Made by a program: the position numbers and the translations under genes | NCBI GenBank assembly: GCA_017415485.1 | Contig: JAFQGP010000009.1 | Span: forward strand, 9,305 to 73,304 | Length of the DNA: 64,000 nt | Origin: Clostridia bacterium | Lineage (GTDB): Bacteria > Bacillota > Clostridia > Oscillospirales > CAG-272 | Direction: 5' to 3' | Shown here: one piece after another, positions 52,315-61,457 of the stretch | Numbering within the stretch: the stretch's first letter is position 1 | Layout of the letters: each line of letters opens with the position of its first letter | Notes under the pieces: model-generated | Told to the model about the DNA's origin: nothing | Database searches by the model: none | The model's input: the letters and a program-made list of their open reading frames with translations, nothing else

Positions 52315-53013
52315 ATGAACATTCAAGGATTCAATAAACTCACACTTCTCGATTACCCTGGGCTGACTGCCTGCACGGTCTTTACGGGCGGATGCGACCT
52401 TCGCTGTCCCTTCTGCCACAATTCGCCGCTCGTTCTCGATCCCCGCGGGACCGAGGGCTACAGCGTCGATGAGGTCCTCGCGCATCTCCGCAAACGCAAG
52501 GGCATCCTTGACGGAATCGCCGTCAGCGGCGGCGAGCCTCTTTTGCAGCCCGATATTGAGGATTTCCTTCGCCGTGTGCGCGACATCGGCGACTATAAGA
52601 TCAAACTTGACACCAACGGCACTCACCCGGAGCGCCTTGCGAGCATCATTTCCGAAGGGCTTTGCGACAAGGTTGCGATGGATATCAAAAACTCGCCCGA
52701 AAAATACTCGCAGACCGTCGGTATCCGTAATTTTGACGTTGAGCTGATCCGCGCATCACTTTCCTTCATTATGCTTTCGGGCATCGACTACGAGCTCCGC
52801 ACCACCCTTGTCCGTGAGCTTCACGACGAGGAATCGATGTACGGAATTGCCGATTTCATCCGCGGCGCAAAGGCTTATTATCTCCAGAATTTTGTCGATT
52901 CGGGCGCGGTCATGTACGGAGGTCTTCACGGATTCGATAGACATGAAATTGAACGTTTCAGGGATATCGTAAAACGTTCCGTCGAGCTCGTCGAGATCCG
53001 AGGAGTTGACTGA
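52315..53013 (+). CDS. nrdG: anaerobic ribonucleoside-triphosphate reductase activating protein
   Basis: GGCDLRCPFCHN radical-SAM motif and GIAVSGGEPL. Confidence 0.92.
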   Translation: MNIQGFNKLTLLDYPGLTACTVFTGGCDLRCPFCHNSPLVLDPRGTEGYSVDEVLAHLRKRKGILDGIAVSGGEPLLQPDIEDFLRRVRDIGDYKIKLDTNGTHPERLASIISEGLCDKVAMDIKNSPEKYSQTVGIRNFDVELIRASLSFIMLSGIDYELRTTLVRELHDEESMYGIADFIRGAKAYYLQNFVDSGAVMYGGLHGFDRHEIERFRDIVKRSVELVEIRGVD

Positions 53014-53047
53014 TCTATTGGTGAAAGTGACCAAAAAATCAATTTAA

Positions 53048-53095
53048 TAACTATATATTGTGCTGATTTTTTAAAATCAGCACAATATCTTGTTA
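53048..53095. promoter_or_regulatory. two NrdR-box-like palindromes, centres 32 bp apart
   Basis: TAACTATATATTGTGC (53048-53063, 13/16 to ACACWATATATWGTGT) and GCACAATATCTTGTTA (53080-53095, 12/16). Confidence 0.5.
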
Positions 53096-53102
53096 TAAGG
53101 TA

Positions 53103-53131
53103 TTGACAAATACTACAAGATGTAGTATAAT
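53103..53131 (+). promoter_or_regulatory. consensus sigma-A promoter for nrdD
   Basis: TTGACA (53103-53108), 17-nt spacer, TATAAT (53126-53131). The spacer holds the palindrome TACTACA-AGA-TGTAGTA. Confidence 0.7.
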
Positions 53132-53193
53132 ATAACTCGCCAGCGCATTACCCGTACTATATATAGATAAATTTTTGAAAGGGAAGAAAAAGA

Positions 53194-55587
53194 ATGTATC
53201 AGGTAGTAAAAAGAAACGGCAAGACCGTCGAATTCGACATATCTAAAATTTCCAAGGCGATAACGCTTGCATTCGAGGCATGCGACAGAAAATACAACTC
53301 TGACGTGATCGACCTTATCGCTCTTCGCGTCACCTCTCACTTCGAGCCCAAGGTTAAGGGCGACAAGATCGCTGTCGAGGATATCCAGGACAGTGTTGAG
53401 ACTGTTCTCGCACAGGCGGGCTATGAGGACGTTGCAAAGGCATACATCCTCTACCGCCGTCAGCGCGAGAAGCTCCGTAACATGAAGTCCACCATTCTTG
53501 ACTACAAGGCACTCGTTGACTCTTACGTTAAGAGCACCGACTGGCGAGTCAAGGAGAACTCGACCGTAACCTATTCGGTCGGCGGACTCATTCTCTCCAA
53601 CTCGGGCGCCATCACCGCAAACTATTGGCTCTCCGAAATTTATGACGACGAGATCGCTCAGGCGCATCAGAACGCAGATCTCCATCTGCACGACCTCTCG
53701 ATGCTCACCGGATACTGTGCAGGTTGGTCTCTCCGTCAGCTCATCGAGGACGGACTCGGCGGAATCACGGGCAAGATCTCGTCCGCTCCCGCAAAGCATC
53801 TGGCAACCCTCTGCAACCAGATGGTCAACTTCCTCGGTATTATGCAGAACGAATGGGCAGGCGCGCAGGCGTTCTCCTCCTTCGATACCTATCTCGCTCC
53901 CTTCGTAAAGACCGATAACCTCAGCTACGATCAGGTCAAGAAGTGCATCGAGTCCTTTGTTTACGGCGTAAACACCCCCTCCCGTTGGGGTACTCAGGCT
54001 CCCTTCTCGAACATCACCCTTGACTGGGTATGTCCTCCCGATATGATCGACAAGCCCGCGATCGTCGGCGGCAAGGAGCAGGACTTCACCTACGGTGACT
54101 GCAAGAAGGAAATGGATATGGTCAATAAGGCGTTCATCGAGATCATGATCGAGGGCGACGTCAACGGTCGCGGATTCCAGTATCCCATCCCCACCTATTC
54201 GATCACCCGCGATTTTGACTGGTCGGATACCGAAAACAACCGCCTCCTCTTCGAGATGACCTCGAAGTACGGCATTCCCTATTTCTCGAACTATATCAAC
54301 AGCGATATGGAGCCCAGCGACGTTCGTTCGATGTGCTGCCGTCTGCGTCTTGACCTCCGTGAGCTTCGCAAGAAGTCGGGCGGTTACTTCGGAAGCGGCG
54401 AGTCGACAGGTTCCGTCGGCGTTGTTACCATCAATATGCCCCGCCTCGGCTACACCGCCGAGAACGAGGAGGACTTCTACCGTAAGCTCGACAGACTTAT
54501 GGACATCGCCGCTCGTTCGCTCAAGATCAAGCGCGACGTTATCACCAAGCTCCTCAATGAGGGCCTCTATCCCTACACAAAGCGCTACCTCGGCACCTTC
54601 AACAACCACTTCTCCACAATCGGTCTTGTCGGCATGAACGAGGCTTGCCTCAACGCAAGCTGGATCAAGAAGGACCTCACCGATAAGAAGGCGCAGAAGT
54701 TCACTCAGGATGTTCTCAACCATATGCGCGAGCGCCTTTCCGACTATCAGGAAATGTACGGCGACCTCTACAACCTCGAGGCTACCCCCGCAGAGTCGAC
54801 CTCTTACCGTCTTGCAAAGCACGACAAGAAGAGATATCCCGACATCATCACCGCTTCGCAGGGTGAAACTCCTTACTACACCAACTCCTCCCACCTCCCC
54901 GTAAGCTACACCGACGACGTATTCACCGCCCTCGATATTCAGGACGAGCTCCAGACTCTCTATACCTCGGGCACGGTATTCCACACCTTCCTTGGTGAAA
55001 AGCTTCCCGACTGGAAAGCTGCAGCAGCTCTCATCCGCAAGATCGCGGAAAACTATAAGCTTCCTTATTACACTCTTTCTCCCACCTATTCGGTATGCTC
55101 CGAGCACGGATATATCGCAGGCGAGCACTTCTCCTGCCCCAAGTGCGGCAAGGTTACCGAGGTTTACAGCCGTATCACCGGCTACTACCGTCCCGTTCAG
55201 AACTGGAACGACGGTAAGTCGCAGGAGTATAAGGAAAGAGTTGAATACGATCCCGAACAGTCGATGCTTCACTTCGAAGACAGAGGCCACGGAAACGTTA
55301 AAAAGGAGTGCGAGTGTGCTCACGCATCTACCGACGCCGTATACGAGGACGGTCGCGTAGTTCTCTTCGCAACCAAGACCTGCCCCAAGTGCAAGATCGC
55401 AGCTTCTCTCCTTGAAAAGGCGGGCATCGAGTTCGAAAAGGTCTATTTCGAGGATGATCCCGACTTCGCAAAGAAGTATGGAACCCGTCAGGCTCCCACT
55501 CTGCTTTATATCGTAGGCGAGGACTTCACCGCGTTTGCCGATATCGCGGGTGTTAAGGAGTTCATCAAGACCACCGCTCAGGCATAA
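53194..55587 (+). CDS. nrdD: anaerobic (class III) ribonucleoside-triphosphate reductase with a C-terminal thioredoxin/glutaredoxin-like domain
   Basis: ATP-cone N-terminus, Zn ribbon CSEHGY..CPKCG, and glycyl-radical motif SRITGYYRP (Gly codon at 55180-55182). A further ~134 aa follow, including VVLFATKTCPKCKIAASLLEKAGIEFEKV (CPKC at 55381-55392). Confidence 0.95.
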   Translation: MYQVVKRNGKTVEFDISKISKAITLAFEACDRKYNSDVIDLIALRVTSHFEPKVKGDKIAVEDIQDSVETVLAQAGYEDVAKAYILYRRQREKLRNMKSTILDYKALVDSYVKSTDWRVKENSTVTYSVGGLILSNSGAITANYWLSEIYDDEIAQAHQNADLHLHDLSMLTGYCAGWSLRQLIEDGLGGITGKISSAPAKHLATLCNQMVNFLGIMQNEWAGAQAFSSFDTYLAPFVKTDNLSYDQVKKCIESFVYGVNTPSRWGTQAPFSNITLDWVCPPDMIDKPAIVGGKEQDFTYGDCKKEMDMVNKAFIEIMIEGDVNGRGFQYPIPTYSITRDFDWSDTENNRLLFEMTSKYGIPYFSNYINSDMEPSDVRSMCCRLRLDLRELRKKSGGYFGSGESTGSVGVVTINMPRLGYTAENEEDFYRKLDRLMDIAARSLKIKRDVITKLLNEGLYPYTKRYLGTFNNHFSTIGLVGMNEACLNASWIKKDLTDKKAQKFTQDVLNHMRERLSDYQEMYGDLYNLEATPAESTSYRLAKHDKKRYPDIITASQGETPYYTNSSHLPVSYTDDVFTALDIQDELQTLYTSGTVFHTFLGEKLPDWKAAAALIRKIAENYKLPYYTLSPTYSVCSEHGYIAGEHFSCPKCGKVTEVYSRITGYYRPVQNWNDGKSQEYKERVEYDPEQSMLHFEDRGHGNVKKECECAHASTDAVYEDGRVVLFATKTCPKCKIAASLLEKAGIEFEKVYFEDDPDFAKKYGTRQAPTLLYIVGEDFTAFADIAGVKEFIKTTAQA

Positions 55588-55596
55588 ATCAATAAA

Positions 55597-55626
55597 AAGA
55601 TCGGCTGCTTTTGGCAGCCGATCTTC
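55597..55626 (+). terminator. stem-loop between nrdD and trxB (weak terminator or attenuator)
   Basis: GATCGGCTGC-TTTTG-GCAGCCGATC followed by TTCGTT. Confidence 0.4.
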
Positions 55627-55641
55627 GTTAAGAGGAAAATT

Positions 55642-56559
55642 ATGAAAGATATTATTATAATCGGAGCGGGTCCTGCGGGACTTACCGCGGCAATTTACGC
55701 AGTTCGCGCGGGCAAGAGCGTCACCGTTATTGAAAAGTCCACCTTCGGCGGACAGATGACGTTTTCACCCAAGATCGAAAACTATCCCGGTTTTTCCGAG
55801 ATCTCGGGCAACGAGCTTGCCGATAAGATGGTCGAGCAGGCGCTCGGACTCGGCGCGGAGATCGAATGCGCAGAGGTAACCGCTATCGCGTATAACAAAA
55901 AGGAAAAATTCTATACCCTCACCACGCCCGACGGCGATTTCGAGGCAAAGAGCGTCATCATCGCGGTTGGCTCGCACCACCGCAGACTCGGTCTTGAGGG
56001 CGAAGAGGAGCTTGTCGGTCACGGAATTTCCTTCTGCGCCGTTTGCGACGGCGCGTTCTACACGGGCGGCGAGATCGCTGTCATCGGCGGCGGCAACAGC
56101 GCGGCTGTCGAGGCACTCCTGCTTGCAAAGATCGCAAAAAAGCTGACCATCGTGCAGAACCTTCCCGATCTGACCTGCGAGGCGAACACAGCCGCGGAGC
56201 TCAAGTCGATGGAGAATGTCGAGATCATCTATAACACCGTTGTTGAGGAATACGTTTCCGAGGGCGGCGAGCTTACCGGCATCGTCGTCAAGAACACCGA
56301 AACCGGCGATCTCAGCAAGCTCAAGGTTGACGGCATTTTCCTTGCAGTCGGAATGGCTCCCGCAACCGATATTTTCAAGGACATCGCGCCCATCGACCCC
56401 TATGGCTACCTTATCGCGTCGGATGACGGCGATATGGGCTGCGAAGGCGTCTTCGCAGCAGGCGACTGCCGCAAGAAGGGCGTTCGCCAGATCTCAACCG
56501 CAACCTCCGACGGCGCTTGCGCGGCGCTGGCGGCTTGTAAATACGTGGATTCTCTATAA
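55642..56559 (+). CDS. trxB: thioredoxin-disulfide reductase
   Basis: GAGPAGLTAAIYA, redox-active CAVCDG, and GGGNSAVEEA-like NADPH motif. Confidence 0.94.
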   Translation: MKDIIIIGAGPAGLTAAIYAVRAGKSVTVIEKSTFGGQMTFSPKIENYPGFSEISGNELADKMVEQALGLGAEIECAEVTAIAYNKKEKFYTLTTPDGDFEAKSVIIAVGSHHRRLGLEGEEELVGHGISFCAVCDGAFYTGGEIAVIGGGNSAAVEALLLAKIAKKLTIVQNLPDLTCEANTAAELKSMENVEIIYNTVVEEYVSEGGELTGIVVKNTETGDLSKLKVDGIFLAVGMAPATDIFKDIAPIDPYGYLIASDDGDMGCEGVFAAGDCRKKGVRQISTATSDGACAALAACKYVDSL

Positions 56560-56564
56560 GTGAT

Positions 56565-56608
56565 AACATAAAACAGCTCCCATTCAAAAATGGGAGCTGT
56601 TTTATGTT
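56565..56608 (+). terminator. intrinsic terminator after trxB
   Basis: AACATAAAACAGCTCCCA-TTCAAAAA-TGGGAGCTGTTTTATGTT. Confidence 0.75.
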
Positions 56609-56737
56609 CGGAATGTCGGCGGGGCGCCGCCATTCCGAAGCACAAGGGAGGTTTCGCCCTCTGCGGAGGGCGACTTAAGGCGCTGCCTTAAGAATCTGCA
56701 AACTTTTGAAAAAGTTTGATCAAAACTTTGATCTGCC
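56609..56737 (-). repeat. concatenated-hairpin repeat D4 (inverted head module)
   Basis: Hairpins GGAATG..CATTCC, TCGCCCTC-TGCG-GAGGGCGA, TTAAGGC-GCTG-CCTTAA, CAAACTTT..AAAGTTTG and GATCAAA..TTTGATC. The last part is the reverse complement of the GCGGAAAGTTTTGATCAAACTTTTTC head. Confidence 0.8.
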
Positions 56738-56748
56738 GGAGGATCTGA

Positions 56749-57354
56749 TTAGAACCACTTGTCAATAACTTCGGCTTCAGCCTTGGCAAGCTTCGCAAGA
56801 CATTCGGAATCCTGCAAAAACGCCGAATCTTCGGGGTTGGTGTGGAAACCGTGCTCGATAAGGAAGGCGCGCTTGCAGCCAGATGCGGCGGCGGAACGGA
56901 GGACGCCGTAGTAGTCGACGGATTCGTTATCGGGGTAGCGGCGGGTCTTGATGCCGCGATCTTCGGTTCCCATAGTGCGGACGACGGCGTCGGTCAGGTC
57001 GCGCGCGATTGGAGCGTTACCCTCGCAGTCGCTGACGGAATAGAAGGTTTCAGCGCCGCGAACCTTGGGGTATCTCTCTTCAGAGGGATTTCCGCCGGGC
57101 GCGTTCGAGTGGATCGAAAGGAACATAACTGCGCCAAGATCACCAGACATCGAGCCGCGCTCTGCAAGTCCGGGGTCATCCTCGACCTTGTTTCTGGTCA
57201 TTCGGATGTCAAATCCGAGTGCTTCAAGCTCTGCCTTGAGGAAGGAAGCAAGAATGAAGTTCTGCGTGCCCTCATAGAAGCCTGCGCGAGTGGTGTGGGG
57301 GTTGCCAAACTGTCCGTGGCCGGGGTCAAGAATGATGATTCCGCGATTATTCAT
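56749..57354 (-). CDS. N-acetylmuramoyl-L-alanine amidase (Amidase_3 family), no signal peptide seen
   Basis: IIILDPGHG, FLSIHSNA and FLIEHGFHTN motifs. Confidence 0.85.
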   Translation of the reverse strand: MNNRGIIILDPGHGQFGNPHTTRAGFYEGTQNFILASFLKAELEALGFDIRMTRNKVEDDPGLAERGSMSGDLGAVMFLSIHSNAPGGNPSEERYPKVRGAETFYSVSDCEGNAPIARDLTDAVVRTMGTEDRGIKTRRYPDNESVDYYGVLRSAAASGCKRAFLIEHGFHTNPEDSAFLQDSECLAKLAKAEAEVIDKWF

Positions 57355-57366
57355 TATATTTACCTC

Positions 57367-59517
57367 TCAATCTGTATTTGTTGCCGCGCCGAGTTTTGAA
57401 AGAGATTCTCGGAGCGCGGGATATTCTTCGAGTGTGGGGGATGCGGCGAGGAGCGAATGCGCGTCCTCGGTTGCCGATGTGAGGAGGGATGCGTCGCCGC
57501 AAAGATCTGCGAATTTGAAGCGGAGCCCGCCGCTTTGCCTGATCTCGTTTGAGTTTGAAGCAAGGAAGTCGCCGGGTCCGCGCGCCGCAAGGTCGGCTTC
57601 CGCGATCGAAAAGCCGTCGTAATTGTCGCGCATAACTGTGAGACGCTTGCGAGCAGTCTCGGAGCCGTCGTCGGAAACAAGAATGCAATATGATTTCCGC
57701 TTCCCGCGGCCAACTCGTCCGCGAAGCTGATGGAGCTGTGAAAGACCGAATCGCTCTGCATTTTCAACGATCATAAGCGAAGCGTTCGGAACGTTGACGC
57801 CGACTTCTATAACGGTGGTCGAAACAAGAACGTCTATCTCGCCGCATTCAAATGATGTCATTATTGCTTCCTTTTGCTCGCTCTTGAGCTTGCCGTGCAG
57901 GAAGGCAACAGAAAGCTCGGGCAGAGCCGCGCTGAGCTCGTCGGCATACTTGATCGCCGCCTTCAGTGGCGGTCTTTTGTATATTCCGCTGTCGCCGATG
58001 TCATAAAGATCGACTTCGCCGCTGTCGCGGTCGGGGTTTTCTTCGATCGAAGGACAAACAACGTATACTTGTCCGCCCTCGGAAGCGGTCTTTTTGATAA
58101 AGGCAATGAGGCGGCTGCGGTAATTTTCGTCAACAACAAAGGTATCAACGCGCTGTCTGCCGGGGGGCATCTCGTTTATGCGCGAGATGTCAATGTCACC
58201 GTACATCACGAGGGCGAGCGAACGCGGGATGGGTGTCGCAGACATCGAAAGCAGATGTGTACCCTTTGATTTTTCTGTCAATGCCGCGCGCTGATTGACG
58301 CCGAAGCGGTGTTGCTCGTCGGTTACAACGAGCGAAAGGGCGGAGAATTGCACACCCTCGGAAAGAAGCGCGTGCGTGCCGATGACGATCGGCGTTCTGA
58401 TCTCGGGATCCTCTGCAGACAGCGTCGAATAAATTCTGCGCTTTTCTTTCGCGGTAGTCGCGCCGATGAGAAGCTCGCATCTGATCCCTATCTTGCCGAA
58501 CAGCTCGGAAAGATCCTCATAATGCTGTCGCGCAAGGATCTCGGTCGGTGCCATAAGAGCAGCTTGGCGTCCGCTTAAAACTGCGATCAGCATCGCCGCC
58601 GCTGCAACAACGGTTTTTCCGCATCCAACGTCGCCGATCAGCATACGCCGCATTGGCGTTTCGGATTTCATATCTGCCGCAATTTCGGTGATCGCGCGTT
58701 TCTGTGCGCCCGTCAGCTCATAAGGCAGCTCGGCGAGGAGCGGAGAGATGTTCTGCTTTTTGCAGGAAAAGGCATGTCCCTCGCGCTTCTTCTTGCCCTG
58801 CATCGACATTGAAAGCGAGAAAAGGAAAAATTCATCATAGATCAGTCGCTTTTTTGCCGCCGCGAGTGCAACATAGCTTTCGGGATTGTGAATGTTTCGG
58901 ACGGCAAAGGGGAGCGTGCAAAGCTCGCGCCTTCGTCTGATCTCGTCGGGGAGAACATCCACGGGTGAGCCGCAAAGTCGAAGCGCCTCGGCAACGTGCG
59001 CCGCGAGATTTTTCTGCGTCAAACCTTCCGAAAGCGGATAAACTGCTGTGAAATCGGGGAGCGCGCCTTCCGTGTATGGCTCATAAGCGGGGGAGGAGAT
59101 CTTATATTTCATTCCGCCGCGGATCGGGGTTCTTTCAACAACGCCGAAAAAGCGCCACTCGGATCCCACTGTAAAGACCTGGCGCAGGTATGGCATATTG
59201 AAGAAGACGATCTCGGCGCTTCCGCTTTCGTCAAAGGCGCGGAATTTCACGATAGTGAGCCGCCCTTTGAGCTTTGCCGCTTGCGGTGTTGTTGCAACGG
59301 TCAGAACAACCGCAGTTTTGCCGCCGTCGGCACGCGATTCGGAAAGAAGCCTGATATCGCCTCGGTTTTCATAGGCGCGCGGAATGTGCAACAGCAGATC
59401 TTCGAGCGTTTCGATACCCGCTTTTGCATAAGCCGCCGCCTTCGCGGGACCGACTCCCGAAAGCACGGTGACGGGAGAGGTAAGGTTAACCCCTCCCGAT
59501 TTTGTTGTTTTAGGCAT
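57367..59517 (-). CDS. recG: ATP-dependent DNA helicase RecG
   Basis: Wedge domain; GDVGCGKT, VTDEQHRFG and QLHQLRGRVGRG motifs. Confidence 0.95.
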   Translation of the reverse strand: MPKTTKSGGVNLTSPVTVLSGVGPAKAAAYAKAGIETLEDLLLHIPRAYENRGDIRLLSESRADGGKTAVVLTVATTPQAAKLKGRLTIVKFRAFDESGSAEIVFFNMPYLRQVFTVGSEWRFFGVVERTPIRGGMKYKISSPAYEPYTEGALPDFTAVYPLSEGLTQKNLAAHVAEALRLCGSPVDVLPDEIRRRRELCTLPFAVRNIHNPESYVALAAAKKRLIYDEFFLFSLSMSMQGKKKREGHAFSCKKQNISPLLAELPYELTGAQKRAITEIAADMKSETPMRRMLIGDVGCGKTVVAAAAMLIAVLSGRQAALMAPTEILARQHYEDLSELFGKIGIRCELLIGATTAKEKRRIYSTLSAEDPEIRTPIVIGTHALLSEGVQFSALSLVVTDEQHRFGVNQRAALTEKSKGTHLLSMSATPIPRSLALVMYGDIDISRINEMPPGRQRVDTFVVDENYRSRLIAFIKKTASEGGQVYVVCPSIEENPDRDSGEVDLYDIGDSGIYKRPPLKAAIKYADELSAALPELSVAFLHGKLKSEQKEAIMTSFECGEIDVLVSTTVIEVGVNVPNASLMIVENAERFGLSQLHQLRGRVGRGKRKSYCILVSDDGSETARKRLTVMRDNYDGFSIAEADLAARGPGDFLASNSNEIRQSGGLRFKFADLCGDASLLTSATEDAHSLLAASPTLEEYPALRESLSKLGAATNTD

Positions 59518-59535
59518 AATATTTCACCGGATGCG

Positions 59536-60150
59536 TCAGTTCTCGAATGCTTTTTTTATCTCGTTGTATGAAAATCCCTGACGCAAAAGATAATCAATAC
59601 ATTTCTTTTTAATATCGAAATCGGTTGGCACGCCGCCGTATTTCTTCTCGATCGCCCTGCGGCATATCGGGATGAAATCGACTTCTGCAAGGTATTCCTT
59701 GACACCCTCGAGCGCTTCATCCGAGTAACCGCGCCCGCGAAGGTAGGAAAGAATCCTGCGTGCGCCGATATTTTTGGCTATCTGAAGCTCGCAAAGCCTG
59801 AGCGCGTCGCCGGATTCGTTGAGCCCCGCCTCGTTGCTGAGAATTTCAACAGCTTCGTCGGCGTATTCGGGTTTGACGCCCTTGCCGATCAGCTTCATTC
59901 GAAGCGCGGATCGCGAATTTGCCCCGTAACCGAGTATTCTTCTGCCCGAGCTCACCGCGCGGCAAATGCCGTCAAGGCGGCAGAGCACGGTGTAAGCCTC
60001 GTCGGGGTAATCGCCCGTGACAAATTCGCATTCCCTTTGATGGACGGTGAGAATATACAGACTTTCGCTCTTTTTTTCGCCCTCGCGCTTCAGATCGATC
60101 CTTACCGCTCCGCCGCCGTCGGAGGCGCGGAGGGAGGTGATCTTAAACAT
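59536..60150 (-). CDS. recX: RecX family regulator
   Basis: Helical-repeat protein of 204 aa immediately downstream of recA, with overlapping stop and start. Confidence 0.78.
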   Translation of the reverse strand: MFKITSLRASDGGGAVRIDLKREGEKKSESLYILTVHQRECEFVTGDYPDEAYTVLCRLDGICRAVSSGRRILGYGANSRSALRMKLIGKGVKPEYADEAVEILSNEAGLNESGDALRLCELQIAKNIGARRILSYLRGRGYSDEALEGVKEYLAEVDFIPICRRAIEKKYGGVPTDFDIKKKCIDYLLRQGFSYNEIKKAFEN

Positions 60151-61244
60151 TAAAGATCTCCGAGAAGATCGATGTCGAGATCGTCGTCGTCAAGCTCGAA
60201 ATCGCCGCCGTCTTCCTCGGCAAGCTTGTCGCTGAGGGAACGGATCTTGGCTTCGATCTCGGCAAAGAGCGCGGGATCACTTTCGATCGTCTTTCTTGCG
60301 TTGTCGCGTCCCTGACCGATGCGCTCGCCGTTATAGGAGAACCACGAGCCGCTCTTCTGGATGACTTCGAGAGTCACACCCATATCAACGATCTCGCTCG
60401 CGCGGGAAATTCCCTTGCCGTAGAGAATGTCAAATTCCGCGGTGCGGAAGGGGGGAGCGACCTTGTTCTTTACGACCTTGCACTTGACGCGGTTGCCGTA
60501 AATGTCGTTGCCCGTCTTGAGCTGCTCGGACTTGCGAACGTCGATTCTGACGGATGCGTAGAATTTAAGCGCGCGGCCGCCCGTGGTAACCTCGGGGTTG
60601 CCGTACATAACTCCGACCTTTTCGCGGAGCTGGTTGATGAAGATAACAAGGCAATTCGACTTCGAAATAGCCGCGGAAAGCTTACGCATTGCCTGCGACA
60701 TAAGTCTTGCCTGAACGCCGACCTGCGAGGAACCCATATCGCCCTCAAGCTCCTGGCGGGGAACAAGTGCGGCTACCGAGTCGATGACTACGATATCGAC
60801 CGCGCCCGAACGAACGAGCGATTCGGTGATCTCAAGCGCGTCCTCACCGCAGTCGGGCTGGGAAACGAGAAGATTATCGATGTCAACGCCGAGAGCCTTG
60901 GCGTAAACGGGGTCAAGCGCGTGCTCCGCGTCGATGAAGGCAGCCTCGCCGCCCGTCTTCTGAACCTCTGCAACAACGTGCAGAGCAACGGTGGTCTTAC
61001 CCGAGGATTCGGGACCGTAGATCTCAACGATCCTTCCGCGGGGGAGTCCGCCGATTCCGAGAGCCATATCAAGCGAGATCGAACCTGTGTGGATCGCCTG
61101 AACTTCCATGTGTGTATTTTCACCAAGGCGCATTACAGCACCCGCGCCAAAATCGCGCTCGATCTGCGAGATCGCAGTCTGCAGAGCCTTCTTTTTTGCG
61201 TCGCCGTCAGCGGGCATAGCCGCCGCATTTTTCTTTGTTGCCAT
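60150..61244 (-). CDS. recA: recombinase RecA
   Basis: GPESSGKTT Walker [10 protein letters not shown] and [18 protein letters not shown]. Confidence 0.98.
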   Translation of the reverse strand: MATKKNAAAMPADGDAKKKALQTAISQIERDFGAGAVMRLGENTHMEVQAIHTGSISLDMALGIGGLPRGRIVEIYGPESSGKTTVALHVVAEVQKTGGEAAFIDAEHALDPVYAKALGVDIDNLLVSQPDCGEDALEITESLVRSGAVDIVVIDSVAALVPRQELEGDMGSSQVGVQARLMSQAMRKLSAAISKSNCLVIFINQLREKVGVMYGNPEVTTGGRALKFYASVRIDVRKSEQLKTGNDIYGNRVKCKVVKNKVAPPFRTAEFDILYGKGISRASEIVDMGVTLEVIQKSGSWFSYNGERIGQGRDNARKTIESDPALFAEIEAKIRSLSDKLAEEDGGDFELDDDDLDIDLLGDL

Positions 61245-61288
61245 TATAACTACCTCATAAAAAACGAAATTTGGAATTCTTTTATTAC

Positions 61289-61317
61289 ATTATACACCCT
61301 GGGCGCGCGTTTGTCAA
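61289..61317 (-). promoter_or_regulatory. consensus sigma-A promoter for recA
   Basis: Minus strand: TTGACA (61317-61312), 17-nt spacer, TATAAT (61294-61289). Confidence 0.65.
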
Positions 61318-61346
61318 GTACTTTTGCGAAGAAAAATTCCAAAATC

Positions 61347-61392
61347 GGAAAAATAAATGTACTCACCAATTAAAACAAATGGTGAGTACATT
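61347..61392 (-). terminator. intrinsic terminator of rbfA-nrnA
   Basis: Minus strand: AATGTACTCACC, 13-nt loop, GGTGAGTACATT, then TATTTTT. Flanked by 19-bp direct repeats. Confidence 0.7.
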
Positions 61393-61457
61393 AAAAATTC
61401 CAAAATCGGAACTAATATTAAGTATATTCTTGCTATGTGAGCGGATATGTTTCAAGA

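Noticed and set aside
53111-53127. A third NrdR box inside the nrdD promoter spacer.
   Set aside because: TACTACA-AGA-TGTAGTA is a good palindrome, but its half-site spacing and sequence do not fit the 16-bp NrdR box. I report it only as an unexplained palindrome.
61245-61330. LexA (Cheo) box upstream of recA.
   Set aside because: The only candidate is CGAAATTTGGAATTC at 61264-61278. It has the wrong spacing and several mismatches to CGAAC-N4-GTTCG, so I do not call it.
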